This document shows positions 48,401 through 57,264 of a stretch of 64,000 nucleotides of DNA, in pieces (position 1 is the stretch's first letter; each line of letters begins with the position of its first letter). The stretch spans positions 6,476-70,475 of the forward strand of contig CAZRIX010000003.1 in the NCBI GenBank assembly GCA_964600255.1, read 5' to 3'. Origin of the DNA: an uncultured Candidatus Saccharibacteria bacterium. GTDB taxonomy: Bacteria > Patescibacteriota > Minisyncoccia > Phycocordibacterales > PALSA-1337. Under the pieces are notes generated by a model that was given only the letters and a program-made list of their open reading frames with translations, was not told where the DNA came from and made no database searches. A program made the translations under genes and the position numbers.

Positions 48401-48773
48401 CAGAATTGTATTGAATGCACTACAGCCTACTGTGCAGATATCAACACCTTACATATCATCAATATCACCAAGTAGTGCAAAGCCAAACACCCTCATAACC
48501 CTTACAGGAACAAACTTCGAAGGTGTAACTTCAGACCTATTGTTTATTGAAAACTCTAGTGGATCAACTTATCTAGATGTTGTTTCTTCTTCAGCAACTA
48601 GTGTAACATTCAGAGTTCCAAACATACCCGCAGGTACATACAAGGTATACCTATTTGCTGACAAAGGTGAATCAAATTGGGTAGACTTTACAGTACAGAG
48701 TGGTGTATCAACCCTACAAAGTATTGTACAGACAGCTACAGTATTTGATTGGTTCATATCATTGTTCCGGTAG
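45480..48773 (+). CDS. Large (1097 aa) secreted multidomain surface protein with a PG_binding_1 domain, an FN3-like domain and several IPT/TIG-like repeats, ending in a 'VFDWFISLFR' tail.
   Basis: Signal peptide; 'GFSGPEVVILQNVLKSMGFYERGINGSYDSYTATAAKKFQKSIGVPETG' (peptidoglycan-binding); 'LDWTASTDNVGVLGYDVYRGG' (FN3); repeated 'ITxxGTNF...VTFxxPNxPAGTYxVxL' TIG-like modules. Confidence 0.7.
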   Translation: MNKFIKAISLLSFVLVFCVTFFAQNTNAQSSYLNTGVTINKATDLNPTTFAGTRYIPYNTNPNISPFSLTLNFSGGPVSGSDLNMDVYIVLKKADGTMTKVATFNYNENACTRRCYDQTIPTPTSKWGSSTKIPLWQTIKIPNEAEPGNYSIRVAFRRGNTYAKMLPGPGVVEYNDSILESGVIPSYEVGTFAVVVPCTKNIDSHYTFNTNSNYAVNGFSGPEVVILQNVLKSMGFYERGINGSYDSYTATAAKKFQKSIGVPETGIGFLPSLNDYCDSQVKPVITRITKTNADGSVVEAKSAYYGQIITIEGRNFFTGSNNSYKGGALSLVEFGPYNAYSVPISVEPNKIVARARSTQYSDDSYIMIDNRGVKSERIPFRVGGGSYVFGEPEITKINGKPARYDATPPVVKLGEILKLEGVDFNLGDIAKATFTGPVSEVVPVTDVTNTSAYVKVPLSLSKAQVFSIRFMNAAGESKGNSVSVRIAGNIDPAITFITPDSLFPGEEIKAIGTDFSGNLKMYLTKGSDSVILPSIPTPSDANYVLRYKIPSDIASGEYSVSLRTGNGIEDNKSNSVPLIVKYNDTVAPSAPSKPVSTRINSDSIRLDWTASTDNVGVLGYDVYRGGARLPRVGTNSIVLDKINQTVPEKFSVVAVDAAGNYSPSSPYLEINLPPAPVLISVTPNSTKKFQYITVKGTNLATVRPDYAAMGDLSIVLPNSSNIKLPVLPPYSSNYTEIYTVIPDLPPGEYGLRISTYTGTSNTLKFTILPEVSSVPTVVRQAPVITSITPGKLKSGEKLVITGKNFLSDGVSAATEVSDVILTNSSNVTVARATILSQSNTRVEVQIPSNLQGLYNVVIVTVGSGKSNPWTVVVEPTTTQAPATPVTPPVAPTRTPAPVINSVLPLGARAGDTVTLYGSNFTGVISDLISISDSRGSISPEVMYSASASSVTFKMPNLPAGTYYVELTANSGTSNRIVLNALQPTVQISTPYISSISPSSAKPNTLITLTGTNFEGVTSDLLFIENSSGSTYLDVVSSSATSVTFRVPNIPAGTYKVYLFADKGESNWVDFTVQSGVSTLQSIVQTATVFDWFISLFR

Positions 48774-48785
48774 GTGTTTATAAGA
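48733..48785 (+). repeat. Copy 1 of a 53-nt perfect direct repeat spanning the gene 3' end plus stop, encoding 'TATVFDWFISLFR*'.
   Basis: It is identical to 49766-49818: cagctacagtatttgattggttcatatcattgttccggtaggtgtttataaga. Confidence 0.9.
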
Positions 48786-48852
48786 GTATCGCGATCAATA
48801 AAATAACTGGTATACTAATACCAGTTATTTTATTATTTAACTTTAATTAACA

Positions 48853-49806
48853 ATGAAGAGATTACTATGCTTAAAATCCGGCTTTCTAGTATTTTTTATA
48901 TTCATATCGGTTATTTACATTACCGAAGTTTCAGCTGCGCCAAAACCCCCAACATCAGTAATTTTTGATTCAGAAGTTAAAGCATCAGTGTCTGTGGCGT
49001 ACAGTTGTGTCGATTCTAAACTATGTGAATCGCGATTAATTAATAGATCAGAACGTAGTGATTATCTATTCAGTAGTAAATCACACAAGGGTCCAAGTTC
49101 TATACAATCAAATAGTTATACAAAGGAGACAAAGGCCACAAGTGATTCAATGAGATATCCAGACGAGGTATCTAAAAATGGTTCTTATGAGATAGAAAAG
49201 GGTACTGGGGATCTATATACAGTATCTAAGAATAAAGGAAGAACACTTACAAGTACTCGTGTAAAAGTAGAGAATCAAAGAGAAGTGGTATGGACTGATC
49301 TATATTCGGTTAATGGTAAAGACGAGGTTGTAAATAATGCAGGTGGTGTAGAGTCAAGATTGAATTATGAAGGCAGTGTTGCCAAAGGTCTGGCTTTGGT
49401 CGGGGGTGAGCCTAATAAGTTATATAAAGTTTCTGTGGTAGTAGATGCAACTACATGGAAGCTTGGTAATGTGATTTCTGGTGCAAGTATCTCATTTGAT
49501 GAGAAAGTAAATGACAAAATACCTTGTAGTGCTATAAGTATTAGTACTGTTAAGCTGGACAAGAGCTGTAAGATTGATTTCGAGATGAGTGGCGGTCAGA
49601 TGATACCCATTACACCGTCAGTTAAGGGTTACCCTAGATATAAATACTCTATTCAAGTACTAAGCATTACAAGTATTAATGGTAAAGCATCACCAACGGC
49701 TGTTCAATCTCCTGAGCAAAAGCCAGCCCAAACAATTTCAAAGGAAAATGCACTGGTCACTATTACAGCTACAGTATTTGATTGGTTCATATCATTGTTC
49801 CGGTAG
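48853..49806 (+). CDS. Hypothetical secreted protein with the same C-terminal 'TATVFDWFISLFR' tail.
   Basis: Signal peptide 'LVFFIFISVIYITEVSA'. C-terminal 13 aa identical to the preceding gene. Confidence 0.6.
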   Translation: MKRLLCLKSGFLVFFIFISVIYITEVSAAPKPPTSVIFDSEVKASVSVAYSCVDSKLCESRLINRSERSDYLFSSKSHKGPSSIQSNSYTKETKATSDSMRYPDEVSKNGSYEIEKGTGDLYTVSKNKGRTLTSTRVKVENQREVVWTDLYSVNGKDEVVNNAGGVESRLNYEGSVAKGLALVGGEPNKLYKVSVVVDATTWKLGNVISGASISFDEKVNDKIPCSAISISTVKLDKSCKIDFEMSGGQMIPITPSVKGYPRYKYSIQVLSITSINGKASPTAVQSPEQKPAQTISKENALVTITATVFDWFISLFR

Positions 49807-49818
49807 GTGTTTATAAGA
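49766..49818 (+). repeat. Copy 2 of the 53-nt perfect direct repeat.
   Basis: Identical to 48733-48785. Confidence 0.9.
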
Positions 49819-49830
49819 ATAAATAAATGA

Positions 49831-51300
49831 TTGGAAAGAGCTGGTATAATAATACTGGCTCTTTTTATTAACAATTACTTATTTATGACTAAAATTTCAA
49901 TCAAATCTTTTATACTATTTTTAATTCTTGCTGCAATAATTACCACCCCGGGTGTGGTTTTTGGTCAGAGTATAGGTTCCAAAGCGCAAGCATACTGGGA
50001 GCAAGCTTTATATAGATTTGGGTTAATTAAGCAAATAGAACCTGTTTTCCCAGATTCAGATTTGGATACTTATGAATCTGGTAGTCTAGTCGTACCAAAC
50101 ATTACAAATATTACACCTGCGACTTCAAGAGTGGGTAAAATTGTTACAATAAATGGCTCAGGTTTTAGAGGGTTGAAAGCTTCAGATATACATATTGAGA
50201 ATGGAGTAGAAATAGCTTATGCTACAGTTCTTCCAAATAAGATTAATTTTATAACTCCAAATATAAAGGACGGCGTTTATGATATTAGTGTAGTAGGATC
50301 AGGTGGAGAATCAAATAAGGTTAAGTTGAATATCTCGAAATACACTTCAATAATAAAGAGTAAAAACAATAGTAATGTTCAAAAAAATACTAATGTTAAT
50401 TACCTCAATCAAAATCAGTCTTACCAAGTATACACAAATACACCTACCGTAGAGCAGGGGATTCATGTTGAAAGAAGTAATACACAAAGCATAAATAGAA
50501 ATGATAATGTTTATATTAATCAATCAACACAAGATGAGACAGAATCTTTCCCACCTAGAATAGTAAGGGTTACGCCAAACCGTGCGAAAACAAATGATCC
50601 TATTGAGTTACTCGGAGTAAACTTTTCAGGGTCAGGTATAGAGTTAAGTATATTAACTAGTGGTGGGGGTGTCGTTACCAAGCCTGCTATTACTTCTTCA
50701 AATCAGAATAAAATTTATTTTAACACTCCATCAATACCAGCAGGTGATTACAAGATATCAGTTAAGCGTGGCGGAGCTATTTCAAATGAAGTTTCATTTA
50801 GTGTTATCGATCAGGTAGTTGTGGTTCCAGAACAGCCTGCTACACCTAATCCCAATACTCCTCCTGATCCAGTGCAGGTAGTTCCAGTATCACCACCAGT
50901 TGTTCCAGTCGTACCCGTTTCTGTTCCAAACCTAGTGCCAGCTCCAAAGCCTGCCGCACCGCCAGTACCTACTGTTATATCTAATGATTTAATACCAAAG
51001 ATTATTTCTATATCGCCTACGTCTGGATCTTTCGGTAATTTGGTAACAATCACGGGATTGAATTTTACTGGTGTTGTAACTGATTTATTGTTTATTACCA
51101 ATGCTACTGGCTCTATTAGTCCAGAGATAATATCAAAATCGTCTACGAGTATCACATTCAAGTTGCCAAATATACCCGCAGGCGTATACAAAATATATCT
51201 TGCAGCTGATGGTGGAATATCAAATGAAGTTGAATTCTCAGTCTATATGCCCGGCAATCAAGTTTCAAATGTGTTTGACTGGCTACTTGGATTATTCTAG
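49831..51300 (+). CDS. Secreted protein with IPT/TIG-like repeats, a Pro-rich linker and a related C-terminal tail 'NVFDWLLGLF'.
   Basis: Signal peptide; TIG-like modules homologous to those of the 45480 gene ('DLLFITNATGSISPEIISKSSTSITFKLPNIPAGVYKIYL'); 'PVSPPVVPVVPVSVPNLVPAPKPAAPPVP'. Confidence 0.65.
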   Translation: MERAGIIILALFINNYLFMTKISIKSFILFLILAAIITTPGVVFGQSIGSKAQAYWEQALYRFGLIKQIEPVFPDSDLDTYESGSLVVPNITNITPATSRVGKIVTINGSGFRGLKASDIHIENGVEIAYATVLPNKINFITPNIKDGVYDISVVGSGGESNKVKLNISKYTSIIKSKNNSNVQKNTNVNYLNQNQSYQVYTNTPTVEQGIHVERSNTQSINRNDNVYINQSTQDETESFPPRIVRVTPNRAKTNDPIELLGVNFSGSGIELSILTSGGGVVTKPAITSSNQNKIYFNTPSIPAGDYKISVKRGGAISNEVSFSVIDQVVVVPEQPATPNPNTPPDPVQVVPVSPPVVPVVPVSVPNLVPAPKPAAPPVPTVISNDLIPKIISISPTSGSFGNLVTITGLNFTGVVTDLLFITNATGSISPEIISKSSTSITFKLPNIPAGVYKIYLAADGGISNEVEFSVYMPGNQVSNVFDWLLGLF

Positions 51301-51459
51301 TGTGGATAAGTTAGTTGTGACAAAATATAGGTGATGTATAATGTACTCACTACCCAAGAAGGCGTTCTGCAAAAAAGCAGACGTCTTCTTTCTTTTTATT
51401 CCTTAAACAAATTAGGAATAGAACAACGGGTTATCAATTAATAAAAATTAACAAACTAT

Positions 51460-52227
51460 ATGGTAAGTAAATATTTCAACTATGTATTGGTTCTAGCTAT
51501 GCTCATAGGAGTAAGTGCACCTTTGCCACAGGTAAAGAATCAGATTACAAGTCTACTAGATTCAACAACTATATCTAGTAACTCAGCTCTTGCATTCGGT
51601 TCTGTAACTTCATCACCTTTACAGAGCCAGTGTTCTACACCAGAACAAGTAATAAACATTCTTGCTAGAGCAGGTATAATTCCTACTTCAAAAGTGAACG
51701 ATGCTTTTAGAATAGTGAAGTCACTTCCAGGTAGTGATGGAAGTCCAGTACCAGTTCCTGAGAATAAAGGAACAGCATCAAGTACTGCATCAACTACTCA
51801 GTCAAATGTTGTAGTTACAACTTGGACAGTTGCAAGAGGTACTTCAACCGTTTCGCAGAACGGAGTATGGATCGCAGCATATCCAATGGTATCTATTACT
51901 GTTACAAATAATGGAAATAACCCAGCCTACATAAATAAGGACATGCGAGTTGCATTCCCAACTACAATTATGGGCGCTTCAGCGAATGTATCGATCTCAA
52001 ATGTAACAGCAACAGGTTCTACTTCTGGAGACACTGTTGGTTCATATATAATTAATAATTCAAGAACTTTCAAGATAAACTACACAGTTGAAAATAGAAG
52101 TGGATCAAGTACACCTACTATATTAAAGGTGGCGAAGATGAACTATGGGTACGGAACATCAGCTGGTCAGGATAGTAATTTAAGTAGTGTTGAGAATATA
52201 CAATCACTATTAATACAGCTACCTTAA
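51460..52227 (+). CDS. Hypothetical secreted Ser/Thr-rich protein.
   Basis: Signal anchor 'YVLVLAMLIGVSAP'. No assignable domain. Confidence 0.45.
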   Translation: MVSKYFNYVLVLAMLIGVSAPLPQVKNQITSLLDSTTISSNSALAFGSVTSSPLQSQCSTPEQVINILARAGIIPTSKVNDAFRIVKSLPGSDGSPVPVPENKGTASSTASTTQSNVVVTTWTVARGTSTVSQNGVWIAAYPMVSITVTNNGNNPAYINKDMRVAFPTTIMGASANVSISNVTATGSTSGDTVGSYIINNSRTFKINYTVENRSGSSTPTILKVAKMNYGYGTSAGQDSNLSSVENIQSLLIQLP

Positions 52228-52263
52228 TCAACCAAGGTAGACACAATCAAATATAGTTGACTT

Positions 52264-52305
52264 AAAAGCGCGTACTATGCTACTATAGCGAGTACGCGTT
52301 TTTGC
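52264..52305 (+). terminator. Intrinsic terminator upstream of tuf.
   Basis: aaaaGCGCGTACTatgctactatagcgAGTACGCGttttt: 8-9-bp stem plus T-run. Confidence 0.7.
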
Positions 52306-52394
52306 GTTGGTGTGCTTGCTACTCTTAGTTAGTATTACAGTATTAAGTTAAATAGGTATTTATTTAGTTTTATTAATTTATTTTTATATAATTT

Positions 52395-53585
52395 ATGGCA
52401 ACAGCAGATTTTAATCGTACAAAGCCTCACGTAAACGTGGGAACAATCGGTCACGTTGACCACGGTAAGACTACTCTTACAACATCAATCCTAGCCGTAC
52501 AGTCTAAGGATGGATTGGCTCAACTAAAGGCATATGCAGATATTGCAAAGGGAGGAACAGTCCGCGATGCAACAAAGGTTGTTACTATTTCTCTTGCTCA
52601 CGTAGAATACGAAAGTAATACAAGACACTACGCACACATCGATGCCCCAGGACACGCAGACTATATTAAGAACATGATTACAGGTGCCGCTCAGATGGAC
52701 GGTGCTATTCTAGTAGTTTCAGCTCTTGATGGAGTTATGCCACAGACAAGAGAGCACATTCTTCTTGCAAAGCAGGTTGGTGTTCCTCAAATCGTAGTTT
52801 TCCTAAACAAGTGTGATATGGTTCCTGAAGCAGATCTTCTAGATCTAGTTGAAGAAGAGGTGCGTGATCTTCTTACAAAGAACGGATTTGATGGAAAGGG
52901 AGCTCCAGTTATCAGAGGATCAGCTCTTGGTGCTATGGAAGGAAAGCCAGAATGGGTTGCTAAGATCAAGGATCTTATGAATGCTCTTGATACATATATT
53001 CCTATGCCAGTTCGCGAAGTTGATAAGCCATTCCTTATGCCTATCGAAGACATCTTCTCAATCGAAGGTCGCGGTACTGTAGTAACAGGAAGAGTAGAGA
53101 GAGGTACTCTAAACCTTAACGATGAAGTAGAAATCATTGGTTTCAAGGATACATCAAAGACAGTTGTTACAGGTATTGAAATGTTCAACAAGTCTCTAAA
53201 GCAAGCTCTTGCCGGAGACAATGCTGGTCTTCTACTAAGAGGAACAGGTAAGGATGATGTTACTCGTGGTATGGTTCTTGCAAAGACTGGTTCAGTAAAG
53301 CCTCACACAGACTTTGAAGCTGAAGTATACATCCTAAAGAAGGAAGAGGGAGGTCGTCACACACCATTCTTCACAGGATACAAGCCTCAGTTCTACATCA
53401 GAACAACTGACGTTACAGGAGAAGTGGCTCTAGCAGCAGGAGTAGAAATGGTTATGCCAGGAGATACAGTTACTTTCAAGGTAAAGCTTGTATCACCAGT
53501 AGCTATGGAAGACAAGATGAGATTTGCTATCCGTGAGGGAGGCAAGACTGTAGGTGCCGGTGTCGTAACAAAGATTGTTGCGTAA
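52395..53585 (+). CDS. tuf: Elongation factor Tu.
   Basis: '[11 protein letters not shown]', 'DAPGHADY', 'NKCDMV'. 396 aa. Confidence 0.95.
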   Translation: MATADFNRTKPHVNVGTIGHVDHGKTTLTTSILAVQSKDGLAQLKAYADIAKGGTVRDATKVVTISLAHVEYESNTRHYAHIDAPGHADYIKNMITGAAQMDGAILVVSALDGVMPQTREHILLAKQVGVPQIVVFLNKCDMVPEADLLDLVEEEVRDLLTKNGFDGKGAPVIRGSALGAMEGKPEWVAKIKDLMNALDTYIPMPVREVDKPFLMPIEDIFSIEGRGTVVTGRVERGTLNLNDEVEIIGFKDTSKTVVTGIEMFNKSLKQALAGDNAGLLLRGTGKDDVTRGMVLAKTGSVKPHTDFEAEVYILKKEEGGRHTPFFTGYKPQFYIRTTDVTGEVALAAGVEMVMPGDTVTFKVKLVSPVAMEDKMRFAIREGGKTVGAGVVTKIVA

Positions 53586-53603
53586 TATAATTAATTAACT
53601 ATC

Positions 53604-53999
53604 ATGACTATCGCAACTGAAACAAAGACTGTAAAGAAGACAACAAAACCTGCTCCAGTAAAGAAGGCTGTTAAGGTTGGTGTTGAAGGCGAAGTTACAA
53701 AACTTAGAATAAGAGTTCGTGCTTATGAACACAAGATTCTAGATGCTTCTCTAAAGCAGATCATGGATACTGCGATCCGTTATGATGTTAAGTTCTACGG
53801 CCCAATTCCACTTCCAACTGAGATCAAGAAGTACACAGTAAACCGTGCTTCATTCGTATTCAAGAATGCTCGCGAGCAGTTCGAGATGCGTGTTCACAAG
53901 CGTTTGATTGATATTTTGAATCCAAATCAAAAGATCATCGAGGCTCTTACAAACCTAAGTCTTCCATCAGGAGTAAATATTGATGTGAAAATGATGTAA
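53604..53999 (+). CDS. rpsJ: 30S ribosomal protein S10 with an N-terminal Lys-rich extension of about 25 aa.
   Basis: 'LRIRVRAYEHKILDAS' ~ 'IRIRLKAFDHRLID'. 131 aa against a typical 103. Confidence 0.9.
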   Translation: MTIATETKTVKKTTKPAPVKKAVKVGVEGEVTKLRIRVRAYEHKILDASLKQIMDTAIRYDVKFYGPIPLPTEIKKYTVNRASFVFKNAREQFEMRVHKRLIDILNPNQKIIEALTNLSLPSGVNIDVKMM

Positions 54000-54020
54000 T
54001 ACTGTAATTAATATACTGCA

Positions 54021-54587
54021 ATGAAAATCAATAAGAAATTTATTCTAGGAAGAAAGGTAAGCATGTCACAAATCTTTGATAAAGATGGACTTGTTCAGCC
54101 TGTAACACTTGTAGAAGTAACTCCAGTTACTGTTTCTCAAGTTAAGTCTAAGGATACAGACGGTTATACAGCTGTTCAAATCACAACAAAGAAAGGTAAG
54201 AAGGATACAAAGAAGGAATTCAGAGTAAACGATCTTACACAGAAGGTTGGTGACACTATTGATTTATCTCAGTTTGCAGTAGGAGAGACTATCGAAGTTA
54301 GTGCAATATCAAAGGGTAAGGGTTTCCAGGGTGTAGTTAAGAGACATGGTTTCGGAGGAGGTCCAAGATCACACGGTCAAAAGCACTCAGAACGTGAGCC
54401 AGGTTCTATCGGAGGAGGTCTTAGAAATAAGGTGCCAAAGAAAATGAGAATGGCCGGAAGAATGGGTGGTGATCGTATCACAGTAAAGAACCTAAAGGTT
54501 GCTCATATTGACTCAGGAGCCAATACGCTTTATATTTCAGGAGCAATCCCAGGAAGACGCGGAACACTTATCGAAATCAAAGGATAA
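54021..54587 (+). CDS. rplC: 50S ribosomal protein L3.
   Basis: 'GRKVSMSQIF', 'KGKGFQGVVKRHGF'. Confidence 0.9.
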   Translation: MKINKKFILGRKVSMSQIFDKDGLVQPVTLVEVTPVTVSQVKSKDTDGYTAVQITTKKGKKDTKKEFRVNDLTQKVGDTIDLSQFAVGETIEVSAISKGKGFQGVVKRHGFGGGPRSHGQKHSEREPGSIGGGLRNKVPKKMRMAGRMGGDRITVKNLKVAHIDSGANTLYISGAIPGRRGTLIEIKG

Positions 54588-54604
54588 TACTTTTACACAA
54601 AATT

Positions 54605-55255
54605 ATGGAAACAACATTATACAATCAAAAAGGTAAAGAAGCTGGAAAGATCAAAATTCCAGAAGCAGTCTTTGGACTATCTTGGAATGCAGACTTGGTT
54701 CACCAGGTTGTTGTTTCTATGACTTCATCAATGCGTCATACTATTGCTAACACAAAGACTCGTGGAGAGGTAAGCGGAGGAGGTAAGAAGCCATGGCAAC
54801 AGAAGGGCACAGGACGCGCTAGACACGGTTCTACACGTTCTCCTATCTGGGTAGGTGGAGGTATTGCACACGGACCACGTGCTGACAAGAACTACGATCG
54901 TAAGATCAATAAGAAGGCAAAAACAAAGGCACTTTATACTATTCTTTCAAAGAAGTTTAAGGATGGTGAAGTGCTTTTTGTTGACTCACTTTCATTCGCA
55001 ACTCCAAAGGCTAGTGATGCAAAGGCAACTCTTATGGCTTTCTCAGGCATCAAGGGATTCGAGAAATTTGCTACAAAGCCTCGCAATGTTGCGGTTATCA
55101 GTGTAGACAAGAAGTCTCCAACTATAACAAAGTCATTCAAGAACTTTGGTAATGTTGAGGTTGAAGAACTGAGAAATATTAACCCAGTTTCAATCCTAAA
55201 TCACAAGTATCTTGTTATTGCTAATCCTGCTGAATCACTAAAATCTTTAAATTAA
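54605..55255 (+). CDS. rplD: 50S ribosomal protein L4.
   Basis: 216 aa. 'KPWQQKGTGRARHGS' L4 signature. Gene-order position is as expected. Confidence 0.9.
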   Translation: METTLYNQKGKEAGKIKIPEAVFGLSWNADLVHQVVVSMTSSMRHTIANTKTRGEVSGGGKKPWQQKGTGRARHGSTRSPIWVGGGIAHGPRADKNYDRKINKKAKTKALYTILSKKFKDGEVLFVDSLSFATPKASDAKATLMAFSGIKGFEKFATKPRNVAVISVDKKSPTITKSFKNFGNVEVEELRNINPVSILNHKYLVIANPAESLKSLN

Positions 55256-55259
55256 TACT

Positions 55260-55529
55260 ATGACTACTATAATCAGACCAAGAATAACAGAGAAGGCAGG
55301 AATAATGAGTGAATCTCTTAACGTATATACTTTTGAAGTAAGCAAGAACTCTACAAAGGAGACAATTGCAAAGGAGGTTAAGACTCTCTACAAAGTTACT
55401 CCAGAGAAGATTAGAATCGTCAATCTTCCAGCAAGAGCCGTTGTGGTTCGAGGAAAGAGAGGTACACAGTCTGCAGTAAAAAAGGCACTTGTGTATCTAA
55501 AGAAGGGAGATAAGATCAACATTGCATAA
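55260..55529 (+). CDS. rplW: 50S ribosomal protein L23.
   Basis: 89 aa. 'ITEKAGIMSESLNVYTFEV' ~ the L23 N-terminus. Follows L4 in gene order. Confidence 0.85.
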   Translation: MTTIIRPRITEKAGIMSESLNVYTFEVSKNSTKETIAKEVKTLYKVTPEKIRIVNLPARAVVVRGKRGTQSAVKKALVYLKKGDKINIA

Positions 55530-55543
55530 TTATTAATACCAAC

Positions 55544-56401
55544 ATGAAAAGTTATAACCCAAATACACCATCAAGAAGAGGCATGACAACGATTCCATAT
55601 CGTGACTATATTACTGCCACAGAACCTCACAAGCCTCTTACAAAGGGTATGAAGAGAGATATGGGACGCAACTCATTTGGACGTATTACTGTACGTCACA
55701 AGGGAGGTGGTCACAAGAAGCTATACAGAATGGTGGATTTTGCTTATGACAAGAAGGATATTCCAGCAAAGGTACTAACTATCGAATACGATCCTTTTAG
55801 AACAGGATTCATTGCTCTAGTTCAGTACGCTGACGGAGAAAAGAGATATGTACTAGTTCCAAAGAGTGTTAAGGTCGGAGACAAGTTTATTGTTTCTGAA
55901 ACAGCACTAGTAGAAGTAGGTAACAGACTTCCTCTAAGAAAGATTCCAGTTGGTACATTTGTTTACAATATTGAGATCAAGCCTCAAGGTGGATCAAAGC
56001 TAGTTAGATCAGCTGGTTCATTTGCTCAAGTTATTGCTAACGACTCTGGATACACACACATCAAGCTTCCTTCAACCGAAGTTCGCAAGGTACACGACAA
56101 TGCATGGGCGACAATCGGTACTGTTTCAAATGATGAAAACCGTCTAGTTAATATTGGTAAAGCTGGCCGCTCTCGTTGGCTAGGTATCCGTCCTACTGTT
56201 CGAGGTTCTGCTCAAAACCCTGTGGATCACCCATACGGTGGAGGAGAGCAGAGAACAGGTCGAGGTCTCCGAAGATTGAAGACTCGATGGGGTAAGCCAG
56301 CTGGTAAGGGCCAGAAGACTCGAACTCCGAAGAAGTACTCAAATGTCTTCGTTGTCTCACGTCGAAGAGTCGGCAAGAATAAGGGAGATAAAAATGCTTA
56401 G
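55544..56401 (+). CDS. rplB: 50S ribosomal protein L2.
   Basis: 'RHKGGGHKK', 'GNRLPL', 'GSAQNPVDHPYGGGE'. Confidence 0.95.
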   Translation: MKSYNPNTPSRRGMTTIPYRDYITATEPHKPLTKGMKRDMGRNSFGRITVRHKGGGHKKLYRMVDFAYDKKDIPAKVLTIEYDPFRTGFIALVQYADGEKRYVLVPKSVKVGDKFIVSETALVEVGNRLPLRKIPVGTFVYNIEIKPQGGSKLVRSAGSFAQVIANDSGYTHIKLPSTEVRKVHDNAWATIGTVSNDENRLVNIGKAGRSRWLGIRPTVRGSAQNPVDHPYGGGEQRTGRGLRRLKTRWGKPAGKGQKTRTPKKYSNVFVVSRRRVGKNKGDKNA

Positions 56402-56478
56402 TAAATTGATAAAGTCAGTAAAAAAGTTAATAGATGGAATAATCACGCATTGTTTCCATAAGCTAGATAACTAGATTC

Positions 56479-56507
56479 TTGACTTAATTCAAAATTTTGA
56501 TTAGTAT
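56479..56507 (+). promoter_or_regulatory. Candidate sigma70-type promoter TTGACT-17-TAGTAT, lying in an unusual 115-nt gap between rplB and rpsS.
   Basis: Read directly: ttgact taattcaaaattttgat tagtat, ending 9 nt before the rpsS ATG. Confidence 0.45.
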
Positions 56508-56516
56508 AAAAAACCA

Positions 56517-56864
56517 ATGTCACGATCACTTTATAAAGGACCATATGTTGAGGAGCGATTATTGAAAAAGATCGCCGGAAAGAAACCTACTGAAACTGGG
56601 GTTATTAAGACATGGTATCGCAGAAGTCAGATCTCTCCAGAAATGGTTGGATTTATCTTCGGTGTATACAATGGACGCCAGCACGTAGAAGTTCTAGTAT
56701 CTGAGGAAATGGTAGGTCACAGACTTGGTGAATTTTCTCCAACTCGTAAGTTTATCAGACACGGAGGTAAGATGCAGAAGGAGCTAGAACAGAAGGCTAA
56801 GGAAGCCGAGATTAATGCTGCTAAGTCAGCAAAGGAAGCTGCAGCAGCTCCTGCTAAAAAATAA
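56517..56864 (+). CDS. rpsS: 30S ribosomal protein S19 with a C-terminal Ala/Lys-rich extension.
   Basis: '[16 protein letters not shown]', 'NGRQHVEV', '[13 protein letters not shown]'. 115 aa against a typical 92. Confidence 0.9.
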   Translation: MSRSLYKGPYVEERLLKKIAGKKPTETGVIKTWYRRSQISPEMVGFIFGVYNGRQHVEVLVSEEMVGHRLGEFSPTRKFIRHGGKMQKELEQKAKEAEINAAKSAKEAAAAPAKK

Positions 56865-56873
56865 TACAAATTT

Positions 56874-57260
56874 ATGATAACTGCATCACTAAACAATTAC
56901 AGACAGTCTCCAAGAAAGGTTAGAAGTGTGGCAAACCTAGTACGTGGTAAGTCAGTTGAACAAGCACTTAACACACTTAATTTCTTGAGTAAGAAGGCAG
57001 CAGATCCTCTATACGGTCTACTACTTTCTGCAGTAGCAAACGCAAAGAACAATTTTAATATTGAAAAGGACGGTCTTATAATAAAGGAGCTAAGAGTTGA
57101 TGTGGGTCCAATCATGAAGAGAAGAATGCCAAGAGCTCGTGGTAACTCTTATCCTATTAACAAGAGAACAAGTCATGTAAACTTGGTTTTGGATGTGAAG
57201 CCAGTCAAGGAAGCAAAGGTCAAAGAAGCAAAGGAAAAAGTTAAAAAAGAAAAGAAATAA
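56874..57260 (+). CDS. rplV: 50S ribosomal protein L22 with a C-terminal Lys-rich tail.
   Basis: 'SPRKVRSVANLVRGKSVEQA'. Follows S19 in gene order. Confidence 0.9.
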   Translation: MITASLNNYRQSPRKVRSVANLVRGKSVEQALNTLNFLSKKAADPLYGLLLSAVANAKNNFNIEKDGLIIKELRVDVGPIMKRRMPRARGNSYPINKRTSHVNLVLDVKPVKEAKVKEAKEKVKKEKK

Positions 57261-57264
57261 TTTT

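Noticed and set aside
52304-52394. A sigma70 promoter upstream of tuf (TTGCGT...TTAGTT, or TATAAT ending 4 nt before the ATG).
   Set aside because: The candidate hexamers are weak or positioned too close to the start codon, so I was not confident enough to list it as a feature.
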